Shown: in pieces, positions 12,865-25,122 of the stretch
Numbering within the stretch: position 1 is the first letter of the stretch
How the letters are laid out: every line of letters starts with the position of its first letter
Source of the DNA: Mytilus californianus
Taxonomy: Eukaryota
Assembly: GCF_021869535.1 (NCBI RefSeq)
Contig: NW_026262695.1
Span: 310,001 to 374,000, forward strand
Length of the DNA: 64,000 bases
Direction of reading: 5' to 3'
The notes under the pieces: model-generated
Seen by the model: the letters and a program-made list of their open reading frames with translations, nothing else
The model's database searches: none
What the model was told of the DNA's origin: nothing
Position numbers and translations under genes: made by a program

Positions 12865-13504
12865 CAAAAGGTGAATATTAAAACGCCCCGGAAGAACGAC
12901 GTCACAGAGTTGCCCGGCTTCAATGGTGTCGCACACATGTAATATTGAACCGTTCAACATGATTGAATGTTTTTTTTTTTTGATGAATCAAATTTTTTTT
13001 TTGAAATTTTGTGATGGAAGGGCGCATGTTTACCGTCGCTGTGGAGAATGGTTGTCTGATCATGGTGGTAGTTAGATGGAATCCGTTATACTGGCTGCAC
13101 ATGATTGAAAGTCGGTGCTAATAATCTCAACGCTGTTCGTTAGACAAGCTATAACAGCCAGTAGTTCTGCCGTTCCCTCGTAGGATTTCAATCATGTGTT
13201 TCAACGAGACAATGTTCGTTGTCATGTTGCTCAATTGACATGAATTTTCTAAATTTCACCACATCCGGGTTCTTTCAGGGCCAGCATTGTCGACCGACTT
13301 CAACCCTATTGAGTACTTGTGCGATGAACTTGACCTTCGTATTTACAGCCGCAAAAATCCACTGGCAACACTTCATCAGCTCAGCAGGGTACTTGTTGCC
13401 GAATGAACAAATATCTCCAAGCCTTAATCATGAACATCGTTGGTTCTATGCGCCGTATGTGATAATCTGCCATCAATGCTAGAAGAGGACATACCTTATA
13501 TTGA
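12865..13504 (+). mobile_element. Decayed Tc1/mariner (Tc1-type DDE) transposase
   Basis: RRHRVARLQWCRTHV...VFFFDESNF...DGRAHVYRR, then QRDNVRCHVA and PALSTDFNPIEYLCDEL, ending GHTLY* at 13504. These match the Tc1 FSDESRF, QQDNA and SPDLNPIE motifs. Stops and frameshifts present. TIRs not identified. Confidence 0.88.
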
Positions 13505-14324
13505 TTACCAAACTCTTTATCTCTATTAAATTATGATGTTTTTAAACAGACACAATAGGCATTTGATGAATGTTGTTGACATTTTTGATTCTTCAAAGAG
13601 GTTGGATTTTGAAATATTTATTCAGCGTTATTAAACAATGTTGTTATCTTATAATTTATAGGACATGAAGCTAGTGTAACTGTATTATTTTGATTTGTAA
13701 ATGTGAAAATTCAATTTAATGAAAGATAAAAAAAACCAAGTTAGGAGCCTCTGGCCTTTGTTAGTCTAGTATTTTTTTTTTAATTCTAGTTCATTTATAT
13801 GTTTTGGAGTTCAGTGTGACGTCCATTTTCACGGAACTAGTACACAATTTTATTTAGGGGCAAGCTGAGGACCACCTCCGGGTGCGGGATTTTCTTGCTG
13901 CGTTGAAGATCCATTGGTGGTCTTCGGCTGTTGTCTGTTCTTTGGTCGGGTTGTTGACATATTCCCCATTTCCATTCTCAATTTTATTACACTTATTATA
14001 TAATTAGCATAGGCAACACATCAGATGTTGTGACAGTTGAATTGTCCTATAACAAAGAAGATGATCAAGGTTAATTAGAATGTCAAAATCTATATCACTA
14101 AGTCCATAGCGATCCAAGGATGTCACTTTAAAGTCAATATCTGTTGTGCTTTTTAATAGCGTGTAACAAGTAGTTTTGCACAGTACGTATCGATTACCGA
14201 CTATCTGCTGAAATATCAATTTACCAAGCTCTACAAATGTTTTGTCCTGTAAATTCGTGAGATAACACTACAAAAGTCCAAAAGTCTGAAAAAACCAGTT
14301 TTCGTCTCGATTTGCATGAATTTT

Positions 14325-14765
14325 TACTCGACATTCTCTTTTCGTATGAAATTTTTGTAAAAATTCTCGACAAAGTCTAAATTTGTCTGAAATAAGTATC
14401 TTGATTCTCGACATTGGTCTCGACTATCTGTATTAATACTTGATTATTCTCGACATACGTCCTGACAGTATTAACATTGTCGACACTTTCTTGACAGTCT
14501 GAAAAGTGTCTTGATTTGTCTCGACCTATTCTCGACTGTCTTTGATTTGTCTGGATAAGTCTCGACATATTCTTGACATTCTTAATGATGTCTGAATATG
14601 TCTCGACACATTCTCTACATTCTTAATGATGTATGAATATGTCTCGACACATTCTTGATGGTCTTAATGATGTCTTAATATTGTCTCGACACATTCTCAA
14701 CAGTTTAAATTTCATCTGAATTGTGTATCGACACATTCTTGACAGTCTAAACACTTTCTTGAGCT
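14325..14765 (+). repeat. Degenerate minisatellite, about 39-42-bp unit (tgtctcgacacattcttgacattcttaatgatgtctgaata)
   Basis: Recurrent tctcgaca core. The best adjacent copies are at about 14559-14725. Confidence 0.75.
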
Positions 14766-15201
14766 GTTTTATATTCATTTCTATTGTGGCTTAACTAAAC
14801 CTAGAAGAATTAAAATACAATGACACAATGTAAATTATAAAAACATCAATTTGGTACAATTATTGTTTATTAACCATATAAACAATGATAAACATTGAAT
14901 ATTATGCATGTAAAATGAAATATGTCTACAGTATGATTGATTTCAATTATTAAGCACTTATTTATTATATTTATAAATTAACATTTGTATTTGTAACATT
15001 TTTATACCAATATTTGTTTTTATCAAAATATTTACATATAAACATTTTTAATACAAAAATGTTTAATTGCCAAAATTTTGTTTTAGTAGTAATAAGTGTA
15101 ACTTGAAATAACAGTTAATTCTTGAAAGAGAAATAAAGCAAAATATATATCCTGTACAATGGTCGTGATTTGTAAAGCTCAGAAAATAGGATTCGAAATG
15201 C

Positions 15202-15622
15202 GGCGTTTTACGTTTCCGCATTTTGGCACTACGTTTCCGCATTTTTATAGTACTCTTTTACGTATTGTTTTTACATTGATAATACTGACCTAAAACAAAT
15301 AAGGACATGAAATTGAGTGTCCAAAAAATAAATCAAACATATGCAAATGAATATAAAAGATTTAACCAAATACGGAATTCAACACATATGGGGTGACTTT
15401 CAACATGGTGACTTTTGAAAAGTACTCACAATGTTAAATCTGAATATAATCTACCTGTTGAAGGAATTAATAAAATACAAATTAAGAAAAAATACTATAA
15501 TAAATTCAAGTCTTATATATCATTATTACCATTTTTTTACAGGTGAAATACAGGTAAAAATGCGGAAAGGTGGTATCTATTTATTTTGGACTTTTGCTAA
15601 AAATGCGGAAACGTAATACGCC
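15202..15622. mobile_element. MITE-like element with 23-bp TIRs
   Basis: ggcgttttacgtttccgcatttt (15202-15224) vs the reverse complement of 15600-15622, one mismatch. The core motif is repeated subterminally at both ends. No TSD seen. Confidence 0.7.
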
Positions 15623-15881
15623 CTTCGTAATGAATATCTCATAGAAAATAGCAAACTTGACTTCCATTTAAAAAAAATCTCTTAACGCTTCTGTAAAACC
15701 TTTTATTCACTTATTTTTTCTCTTTTGAACAATTCTATCTATATACAGCCAGAACATACATAACGAAGGAATTTTTGTACCTTTCCAAGTATACAAAAAG
15801 AACTATTTCTCTACTTCATATAAAATATATACATGTATAAATGCATATCTAAACTTTTAAAAACCATATTTTATTGTCTTC

Positions 15882-16427
15882 TTAAGCAAATACAACTGGA
15901 TTGCTTATTTTATCAAAGCTAAATATATGTGTGTCAATTTTTCTGTCATCAGTGACCAAGAATAATCCAGATTGTTCCGGAATAGGAAACATCTCCAATT
16001 TTACCCACATGATAGCTTTATCTTGATGGTTGTGAAGGAAAATTTTATTAATTGTTTCAAAACGAAGGTTTGTCCTATGCAAAACACTAATGCAATAGTC
16101 ATGTGAGCGTGATGCCGTTGTCTGATGATCTGTTGTTGAAAAGAAAATTTGTCGTTTTAACTCCACATCCTGTCTATGACTGACTTTAAGATATGTGACC
16201 ACTGGGTCTATGTCAAATAACTCATAACTTAGGTTATATATACTATTATAATTGTCTCGTAGAATCGATAGTCCGTCACTTTGCAACATGAATCTTTTTG
16301 TAGATGATGTAGATATATCTTGATGGTGAATGGAATTAACTTTTTCTGCCATGCGACACAAACTTGTTTGTCTGCTGCAATTTAAAATTTCACCGCTCAA
16401 AATGTTGTGGGAGCTCCAATCATATAT
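15882..16427 (-). CDS. Orphan protein-coding exon (181 open codons from the acceptor; 156 aa from ATG 16352, MAEKVNSIHHQD...NPVVFA)
   Basis: Strong minus-strand acceptor ttaatttttatttcAG (+ 16428-16429). Open frame to TAA at 15882. AATAAA on the minus strand at 15870-15875 and 15702-15707. Longest non-low-complexity ORF in the window. No family recognised. Confidence 0.55.
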   Translation of the reverse strand: MYDWSSHNILSGEILNCSRQTSLCRMAEKVNSIHHQDISTSSTKRFMLQSDGLSILRDNYNSIYNLSYELFDIDPVVTYLKVSHRQDVELKRQIFFSTTDHQTTASRSHDYCISVLHRTNLRFETINKIFLHNHQDKAIMWVKLEMFPIPEQSGLFLVTDDRKIDTHIFSFDKISNPVVFA

Positions 16428-16700
16428 CTGAAATAAAAATTAAGGAAATTAATTTATGCATACTAGATTAAGTGAGTGATATGTGATAAGTTGTATCTAA
16501 ATAAGTCTGTAGGCCTGAACTCTTGAAAGCCAAATATGAAAATTATAAACAGATATTGTTAAATGCTGAAAACCATCACATGATATAGCTTGCCCATTTG
16601 AACCTCAACTCAAAATTCAAGAAATCCCTCATATGCAGTATCTCAAGAAAAATGTGACAAACATTTACTACTTGGCTATTATATGTTAAAATATGTAAAT

Positions 16701-17990
16701 AAAATGCTTCGCTGGGCGCAGCTTGATATGACCGCAGAGGTCAAACCCTGAACAGTTGGGGCAAGTATGGACACAACATTCAAGCTTGATACAGCACTGA
16801 ATTTGGATTGTGATTAAATATTTGACACATCATAGGCTTCTGACACAGAATGAATGTGGTCTAAGAACTTAAAATATTTTAATTTACCTATTCAAACCAT
16901 ATCATTATTATTTGCTTTTATATATAAATCAGAAATACCCAATTTAAAATGGAAAATTGTAAAGAAAAAAAAAAGGAAAAAAAGAAACCCCCCCCCCAAT
17001 TTTTTTGAACCCCTGTATGATTCAATACCCCCAAACTCAATCCCAGCCTTCCCTTTGTGGTATGGTACCTTGCAGAACAATTTCAAAGAGATGTATACAC
17101 TTGAACACAAGTTATTGTCTGGAAACTAGAAAAATGCTTGTTTTTTGGCCCCAAATTCCTAAACGTTTAGGGCAATTACCCCCAAACTCAAACCCAGCTT
17201 TCCCTTTGTGATATGTAACCTTGTAGTACAATTTCATAAAGGTCCATACATTTACATACAAATTATTGTCCTGAAACTAGAAAAATGCTTGTTTTTTGCC
17301 CCTTTTTGGCCCCTCATTCCTAAAATTTTGAGGCAATTACCCTCAAAATCAATCCCAGCCTTCCTTTTGTGGCATGGTACCTTGGAGTACAATTTCATAG
17401 AGATCCATACAATTAAAGACAAGTTATTGTCTGGAAACTAGAAAAATGCTTATTTTTGGCCCCTTTTTGGCCCCTTATTCGTTTTGGGCAATTACCCCCA
17501 AACTCAATTCCAGCTTTCCCTATGTGATATGGAACCTTGTAGTACAATTTCAGAAAGATCCATACACTTACACACATGTTATTTTCATGAAACTAGAAAA
17601 ATGCTTGTTTGTTGCCCCTTTTTTGGCCCCTAATTCCTAAAATGTTGAGGCAATTACCCCCAAAATCAATCCCAGCATTCCCTTTGTGATATGGAACCTT
17701 GTGGTACAATGTCAGAGAGATCCATACACAAACACACAAGTTATGTCTGGAAGTTACAAAAATGCTTATTTTTGGCCACTTTTTGGCCCCTAAATACCTT
17801 AACTGTTGGTACTATAACCCCCAAAATTAATCCCAACCTTCCTTTTGTGGTATTGAACCTTATAGTAAAATTTCATAGAGATCCATTCACTTAAACTAAA
17901 GTAAACTAAAGTTAGAGTGCGAAAACCAATGTGTCTTCGGACGACGATGCCAACGTCTTACCAATGTACGACCGCAAAATTTATAAAAAG
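16701..17990 (+). mobile_element. Non-autonomous Helentron-associated (HINE-type) element with an internal array of about 151-161-bp satellite units
   Basis: The gaaactagaaaaatgc landmark recurs at 17122, 17273, 17434, 17589 and 17750 (periods 151, 161, 155, 161). Unique left segment. Shared gaccgca motif at both ends (about 16730 and 17970). The HINE assignment is from recalled bivalve repeat structure. Confidence 0.65.
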
Positions 17991-18922
17991 TAAATATTTC
18001 AAGATTTTTGTCTAATATATTCAAACAATTGTCAACAAATTATTTGCGACTTTTTGTCCTACCAAATTTGTGACTTAAATTAACCCAATACACATTCAAC
18101 TTTTATCAAAGAAGTTTAAAATATTTTTTTATCATTAATGACATTTGACACAAAGCAATTCTTACATGTATTGCATAGTTTGATTTAAAATGTTATTCAC
18201 TGTGAAGGAGCATGGACATTTTAATAATAATATTATCATTTCTTTTTATAAAATTGATTAATCCACATAATTGTTTTTCATTTCAGTTAGATCATATAGA
18301 CTATATTAGGTTATCCCTCCTCCCCTTTTAACTCTGCTTTTCCACGAAAAAAAAAAATAAAATAATACTACTGAAATTATATCATGCCTTCATACAATGA
18401 CATAACTGATTTAGATTGATTACTTATAATATGTAATCAAAAGGATCATCTGATAGAAAAAAACAAAAAAGTAGACCATTTATTACAAAAATGCCAACTC
18501 CAAAAAAGAAACTGGAAAATGCATGGTAATTATATAAATATGACATTTGGTGAAATTATTTACTTTTAGATACTATGATGTAAAAAAAAAGATCAAGATA
18601 TAGGTTCGGAGTATATAGTATTTTTTTTTTTTTTTTGTAAATTTATATAACTAGTACATTTGGGTTCATAAGTTTTGCTTGTGATAAAATCTAATAAACT
18701 ACAATGTTTAAATTCACAGCACCTTTCTAATGATGTTTATTAAATTCACAGAGTTTACAAATGTATTTAACAACAGGTGGTATAGTCATGGACCAGTTGT
18801 TAATTACCTGATTGGAGGGATTACAACTACTGATTACTCAACTGTTTGATCTTTATGACTTTACAGTAAAACAGGATGTTACTTACTATATATAGGTGTT
18901 AAAATCTAACTGTTTTAATTAC

Positions 18923-18972
18923 CATGATCAAAAGGTGATACAGATTTACAGTCTTAATCAAAATTTAATTGT
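18923..18972 (-). other. Candidate 50-nt non-coding (5'UTR) exon of the orphan gene
   Basis: ttttttcttttcAG acceptor and catg|GTaatt donor on the minus strand. Stops in all three frames. Confidence 0.35.
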
Positions 18973-19190
18973 CTGAAAAGAAAAAATGGCAACTAGATAT
19001 TATTTAACTTTCCCTAAACATTTCCCCCTTTTTATTTCTTTTTTATCTCAATTTTCTGAAATAACAAATACATAATGTTTCAATTTTACCCGGGACCAAC
19101 ACATTTTACTGATTTCTATTGGATTGAGTAATTTTATTATTATTTAATTAATGACTGCTGACAAGCATCTTTACTAATAAATAGGAGTGG

Positions 19191-19632
19191 TAAATGGACA
19201 GAAAGTCACAGGACACAAATTTGATAGGACAAAAAGTCACAAATACTTTGTTTATAATTGTTTAGATATATAAGAAAAGTTTTTGAAATAATTTCTTTTT
19301 TTCACATATATTTATTTTACAGTTAAGAAAATTGTTTATAAAACTTGATAAATGAAGATTTACAAAATTTTACTCATGCAAAGGATATATTTCTTGGCAC
19401 CATGAGGCCATTTAAGTACATAGCCACTTTGACACATTGTTTTTTTTAACAATTATTTGATTTTTTTAAATACATTTTGTTTACAAAGTTGCTTTATATG
19501 AAAAAGTTCAAGAAAAATACAAAAATATTTTTAAAAGATAAATGTTTTCTTATGCAAAGAAAATTAATATAAAAAGTGAATTGTGACTTTTTGTCCTGTG
19601 ACTTTTTGTCTGTGACTTTCTGTCCTACATTC
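19191..19632. mobile_element. MITE-like element with ggaca(g/a)aaagtcaca motifs in inverted orientation at both ends
   Basis: Left ggacagaaagtcaca...ggacaaaaagtcaca, right tgtgactttttgtcc...tgtgactttctgtcc. A solo fragment lies at about 18045-18075. Confidence 0.7.
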
Positions 19633-19951
19633 ATATGAGTTACCCTCTTTAAAATTGTATTAATTATGTGTGTTGAAGGTTTTGATTACGAATTAAAGTA
19701 ATGCAAAATTATGGATTATGTAGCACCTTTTTTTCTCTTGAAATCTTGGATTCACACCAGAGGCTGAAAATAAGCTTGGTCAATTCAGGCTTTTACACAC
19801 ACACACATATATATATCTCAGTAGCATGAGTTCGAATCCCGGCGAGGGAAGAATATATATATATATATATAAACAAATCTAAATTGAAAACAACGTTCAA
19901 ACCTATGATTGCGTTGGATTAAAACCGCAATTCTTATACGTGTGCATGCAA

Positions 19952-19989
<38 letters not shown>

Positions 19990-20044
19990 AATGCTCAACG
20001 AAGCTTTTGAAAATAGGAATTTGTTTCATTTTGCTCATTTCTAT

Positions 20045-20460
20045 GCTTAGATATTCTCTATTCTTTATATACATGTATATGTTTCCCATTATTCTCTGTT
20101 ATTATATATGTTTCTATTTATCCTTTATTACATTTGTATTTATATATGTTTCTATTAATTCTCAATTCTTTTATATATATTTCTCTATTTATTCTCCATT
20201 CTTTATTCTTTATTCATGTTTCATTATTCTTTATTCTTTATATATGTTTCTATCTATTCTCTATTCTGTATATATATATACCATTATTCTCTATTCTTTG
20301 TACATGTATACTTTTCTATTATTTCTCTATTCTTTATATATATGGTTCCCCTCATACTCTATTCTTTATATTTTTGCCAATATTTCTCTATTTTATTATA
20401 ATTGTTTGCCCTTTGAAATACACTTTTTGTCCATTATTCTCTATACTGTACATTCTTATA
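20045..20460 (+). repeat. Low-complexity (tattctctattctttata-like) pyrimidine-rich tract
   Basis: Degenerate short-period repeat flanked by (AT)n runs at about 19852-19870 and 19957-19983. Explains the spurious I/F/Y/L-rich ORFs. Confidence 0.85.
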
Positions 20461-21323
20461 ACCCACCCAGATCCTCATACAATGACAAAATTTATAACAA
20501 ACAGAAGTGTAAATCCTTCATGCAGTGTGACAATTAACCATACAGCATAGTTACCATAGTAAAGAATCTATAATATATTCTTAGTTAGGCCAGATCACAA
20601 AATTAATTTGAAAGTGCATTTTTTATTAATGCAAATAAAGAAAATTGACCTTCACATCCTAAATGAAATTTATACGGAGTGGTGTACTGCGTTTGGGACA
20701 AAGTATATCTAAATTAGAGAATACTTCATCAGTTCTAACTCAAAATATAGAAATTTAATGCTGAGGGGGTTACAATCAGTATGACGGTTTCAGATTTATA
20801 CTACATTGTAATTTTGTAACTTTTTCAACTGTTAAAAATGTTATTTCATTTCCCTATACATGTATGCTAGTATTACTTGCTTGACATTAACCATAATGAA
20901 ATAAATTTGGAGGGGTGTATGAAGAATATTGGCATGTAATCTGGAAATATTTGTATAATAGTCTGAGATGTAATATATACACTGTCTACTGTGGACTGTA
21001 CTATGTCAGTAAATTGTACATATAGAATGTTATAAATCTAAACACTAAAAATTATATTGAAAGATATCTCATATATTACATGTGTATGTATAAGGTTACT
21101 TAGAAGTCATTGGAAGTGGGACTTGTAAAAGTCCATGCATTAACTTTATACATGTTTGGTATATATACTAGTTTCATTGGGGGGGCATAGGCCTATAGAG
21201 CCTATGAAGAAACACGGTGACAACGCCAACGGTGCATAAACAGAATTGACAAGGGCAGAATGGGAAATGCAAACCATGCGTCTCATACATTTTTACGATA
21301 GTACTTTCACTTTGCGAACTGAC

Positions 21324-21420
21324 CTGTTTACATATCTGTATATATGTATATGACCCACTGTGCGTCACTTCCGTTGGATATAAGTAGTGAGTTGTAGTGG
21401 CGTGTTTTACTAAATCGTTC
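21324..21420 (-). promoter_or_regulatory. Candidate promoter and first exon with ETS motif
   Basis: CACTTCCG (ETS/GABP-type) at 21366-21373 next to tgcgtca, in a locally GC-richer island. Near-consensus minus-strand donor cag|GTCAGT at 21324/21323. Confidence 0.4.
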
Positions 21421-23029
21421 ATGTGTTCAAATGACAAACTGACAGTAATTTGCAAATATCTCGATAATAACAAAACGGAATTTTATCCGTTTTTTTGCAT
21501 TCTTAAACGTTAAATGTGAACTTTAGAATAAGACAAACATGATTTTAGCGTTTTAGTTCCTCTTTAAAAGGCAAATATGTTTTGAATGTTGAATTGTCAC
21601 TTTACTGTTTAATTGTCATCTTAAGAATAAAATTAAATTTCTTTTTGTTGAGAATTGGGGTTTTCCCTGTGTTATTGCGATAGTATTCAGAAGTTCAAAA
21701 TGGGTTAGTGAGAGTAGTTGTACAATGGGTTCTTGTTTTGGGGTAAATATATATATGGGTAATATATGCAAAGAAATACTTTAGCAGTTCAAAAGGTGGG
21801 GTTCAGTTATATTATATAATTTTTGGGTTTCATTTCACAGAAAGTGCTGCAGTGATTTTAGACAGTCAGTTCACATAATAATGTATGATTACAATATCAA
21901 ATATGACTTCAGTCCATTTACATGTATTGGATATTTTGTATTTTGTTTTGTTTGAATATTGTTGTTTTGATATATATGTTGGTTTAAAATCATGTTATTC
22001 AAATTGCTAGCTAAAAAAGAGAAAAGCTACTGCGAGCAACTATATATATATATATTTAAACCTATACCTAGAGTTTTGTTTTATTTATTATACCGAGGCT
22101 TTTAGTAAAGAAATGTTTTAAATTTGGACAAGCAGGGCAAGGGAGATTTTAAAAAGTTTTATTAAATCATATTAAATGTATTTTGACTAGTGTAAAACAA
22201 TCCAAACAGGAAAACCAAGGGTCTAATCTATATAAAAAAATGAGAAACAACAGCAACAAACAACAACCACTGAACAAGAGGTTTTCCACTTAGACATGTG
22301 AAAACAAATGCACCTAGCACAAAAATCTCTATTAGAATTAAAGGGCTTGTCTCAAATTAAAAGCACATAAATGAAATATAAAATTGTTGACATTCATATC
22401 GATATTTGTTTTATATAAGTATGAATTTTTAGACCAAATTTAAACAAAACGGATTGCAATTACAACGTTATACAATCACGAAATATTATGGTATTTTTTA
22501 AAATCTGTTAAAAAATAAAAGAGGCGGACGATACCAAAGGAACAATCAAAGTGGAAATAAACTGACACCACCATGGCAAATAACGAAAAAGACTAAACGA
22601 CAAACTACAGTATACATGTACAAAACACAACATAGAAAACTAAAACCGGAGCAACAAGAAATCAACCAAAACCGAAGGAGATTTCAGGTGTTCCGTAAGG
22701 TTAGAAGAAACTACAACATATCTGAAACAGTAGTATAACTCTTGTTACTTACGTTGAAAATTTATATGAAGTAAGTATGCATCATGCGATAGCTGATTGG
22801 TAACTGATTCTTAATTAACTCTCACTAATTTCGTAAGCCATCAGTCATGTAAATTTTCTAACCCTAAAACTTTACCGAATGAGGATTTTTTTAATAAACT
22901 TTTTTTTCAAGACAAAGGATAGACAATATAAAAACACAGACATTGAAAAATTTAAAGGCATAAAGAACACCACTAAAATCTAGAGCAACATGAACTCCTT
23001 TGCAACAGATCTAGGGGTTATATCATATG

Positions 23030-23335
23030 CTCTATAAGCAGATCATGCTTCCGTGTGGCATTCGTCCATATGTTGCACACGTAAGAACAAATATGCTGAT
23101 AAGTCTAAGTTGGTAAAACACATTTGAGGCAAAGAGGACAAAATTGTTGTCACGATAATAAGAACCTATCTGTCGTCATCTGTGAAACAGATATTCCATA
23201 ACGGTCAACAAACTCGTGGTGGCTTCCGTAAATGTTTCGAATGAATGCCCTCAACTTAACTACTTGGAACTTTCGGTTTAATAGCTTCCTTGTAACCAGA
23301 CATTCTTCATCAAAGATCTTGATTAATATGTTAAG
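23030..23335 (-). mobile_element. Penelope-like element RT C-terminal fragment plus 3' sequence
   Basis: LVTRKLLNRKFQVVKLRAFIRNIYGSHHEFVDRYGISVSQMT matches the recalled C-terminus of mollusc PLE-type RTs. Paralogous to 40930-41230. Confidence 0.7.
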
Positions 23336-23761
23336 CATCACATTCGAAAATTGCAAAAAAAGTAACGAGGATACGCATGTTTTTAAATCATTCATCAAAA
23401 TAAAACAGTGTTTAATTCTTTTACATTACAGCAAGTGTTATGACAGAAGTACTTTAACTATTCAATTCTTGTGTGTGGCATTATAAAAATGGAAAATGGA
23501 AAATGAAAGTTTATTTTGATGAATTATTTAAAAACATGCGTACCCTCGTTACTTATTTTGCAATTTCCAAATGTGATGCTAAAAAGTAGAGCTTCCAAAA
23601 GTGTGTTTATCAGTAAATTACAATTTGAACTTGTTTATATGACAACTTGCATAATCACATACAAATTTGAATTGAATCCCTTCGCATAGTAATAATCTAA
23701 AATCAACAAATTGAATCATGTTGTTCAATAGCTTCGGTGAAAGCAGCACACCTCCATCACG

Positions 23762-24330
23762 TTAATAATAGTACGAAACGCAAGCTCTGATATATCGTAT
23801 CAATTGGAAGATGCGTTCTTCACACACAGCCGCTGCTGGAATGTTGCTATTTAGAAATGGAAAGTTAACAATTTGAAAGCTGAAATTATCCCCTTTGTTG
23901 TAAAAGATGAATAAAGAAGCTGACCGACAAAAAGAGGAACACATTTGGCCCAATCGGTATGTCGATTGTTTCCTGTTAAACCAAGTCCACCAAGTACCAG
24001 ATAGGGATCAATGAAAACATCAAATATCTTGATGATGTCAGTTACAGTGGATTGTTTGGTTTGAATCAGAGTAAAACTTATGCTATTTGACAAATGTATT
24101 CCTTCCTAAAACGACATTTTAATCTACGTTGGCCATTCTTTTCAATGAAACAAATACGGAATATTTCTTTCAAGTTTTCTTTAAGGTTATAGTAAGGAAT
24201 ACTAGTACAAATAAAAGATAATGTTTGTATACTCTTGCAAAATGAAAGAGACTTGGATTTTGAGTACTTCAATTTTAACAGATCTTTGAAACGTTTTAGT
24301 TTCAATATATGATTCACACTTTCACTATGG
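23762..24330 (-). mobile_element. Penelope-like element RT remnant (internally deleted)
   Basis: In RT order across frameshifts: SLSFCKSIQT...IPYYNLKENLKEIFRICFIEKNGQRR, TDIIKIFDVFID, then NFSFQIVNFPFLNSNIPAA...QLIRYIRAC. Confidence 0.75.
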
Positions 24331-25000
24331 CATGTATAGATGGAGTAAGTAGTTTAACATTAACACTTTTATTGTTAATTACATTTATTTAATGTTAATA
24401 GTATGGAGAGAGGTTTATATGAGCACTGTGAAGACCCAGCAATGTAGGGCTACATGTGTAATTTTGGTATCCTGTTCGATGCATGAAGACCAAATTCTTC
24501 ATATTTGGTTGAAATTCCAAAGGAACTTAGAACAGACCTAATATTGTTCAAGATTTCCTTTGTTATGTGCAATGGTTATTAGTATATATTGAGTTTAAAT
24601 TACTTGTCCTCAGCTTATTCCGTTGTCAACAGTTTATCTTATGCAATTTATACACAGAAATGATGTTTTTCGTGGCCTTTATCTGTTATCAAAGTTATTC
24701 CTGGTAATTTGAAATATTTTTGACACAGACCTATGCAGGACAATATAAAAACATTCCACCCTTCTCTGTGAAAATGTTGACTAGGAAATTATAATACCTG
24801 AATCAAGACATTGGAGCAAAAATGTATAAAAAAATGCAGGAATCGTTTGAGTATATATATATGAAAAGACACTTATTTTGATCTATGACGAACATGTTAT
24901 TTACTTTTGAAACCTGAAGGTCATTTCATTTTCCTTTTAATGTTTCATTCTTTTACCACTTATATTCATCTTGTTTTGTGCGTTAATTGACTTTTTTTAG

Positions 25001-25122
25001 AGGATAAAACAGGAGTACCAGTTCGGTGTTTTTCGGCAATATATTTGAATCCGGCCTAAAAGATCTACAGATTAAACAAGAAAACTGTACCTCAAGATTG
25101 AATTGGATTGTCTGCAAAAACA
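25001..25122 (+). pseudogene. Receptor gene 2, CTL C-half exon with a 1-bp frameshift
   Basis: ctttttttAG acceptor and GTaata donor (25123). The 5' frame gives EDKTGVPVRCFSA and the 3' frame gives IFESGLKDLQIKQENCTSRLNWIVCKN. 122 bp; one base missing at about 25039. The uncorrected frame hits TAA at 25057-25059. Confidence 0.78.

Noticed and set aside
14325-17925. Repeat arrays considered as CRISPR
   Set aside because: Units are contiguous and degenerate with no unique spacers, there are no cas genes, and the context is eukaryotic with introns.
19983-20550. Overlapping ORFs of 184, 138 and 61 aa rich in I/F/Y/L
   Set aside because: They are products of a low-complexity pyrimidine-rich repeat that lacks stops in these frames. 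No splice or domain support.
21174-21290. 38-aa Cys-rich ORF (MYETHGLHFPFCPCQFCLC…) as the coding first exon of the orphan gene
   Set aside because: It stops before any donor and lies just inside the intron defined by the stronger cag|GTCAGT donor at 21324.
23905-24075. Possible + strand CTL N-half exon for gene 2 (…KYQIGINENIK…)
   Set aside because: In-frame stop upstream and no acceptor. The minus strand is a continuous Penelope-like RT segment, which explains the sequence.
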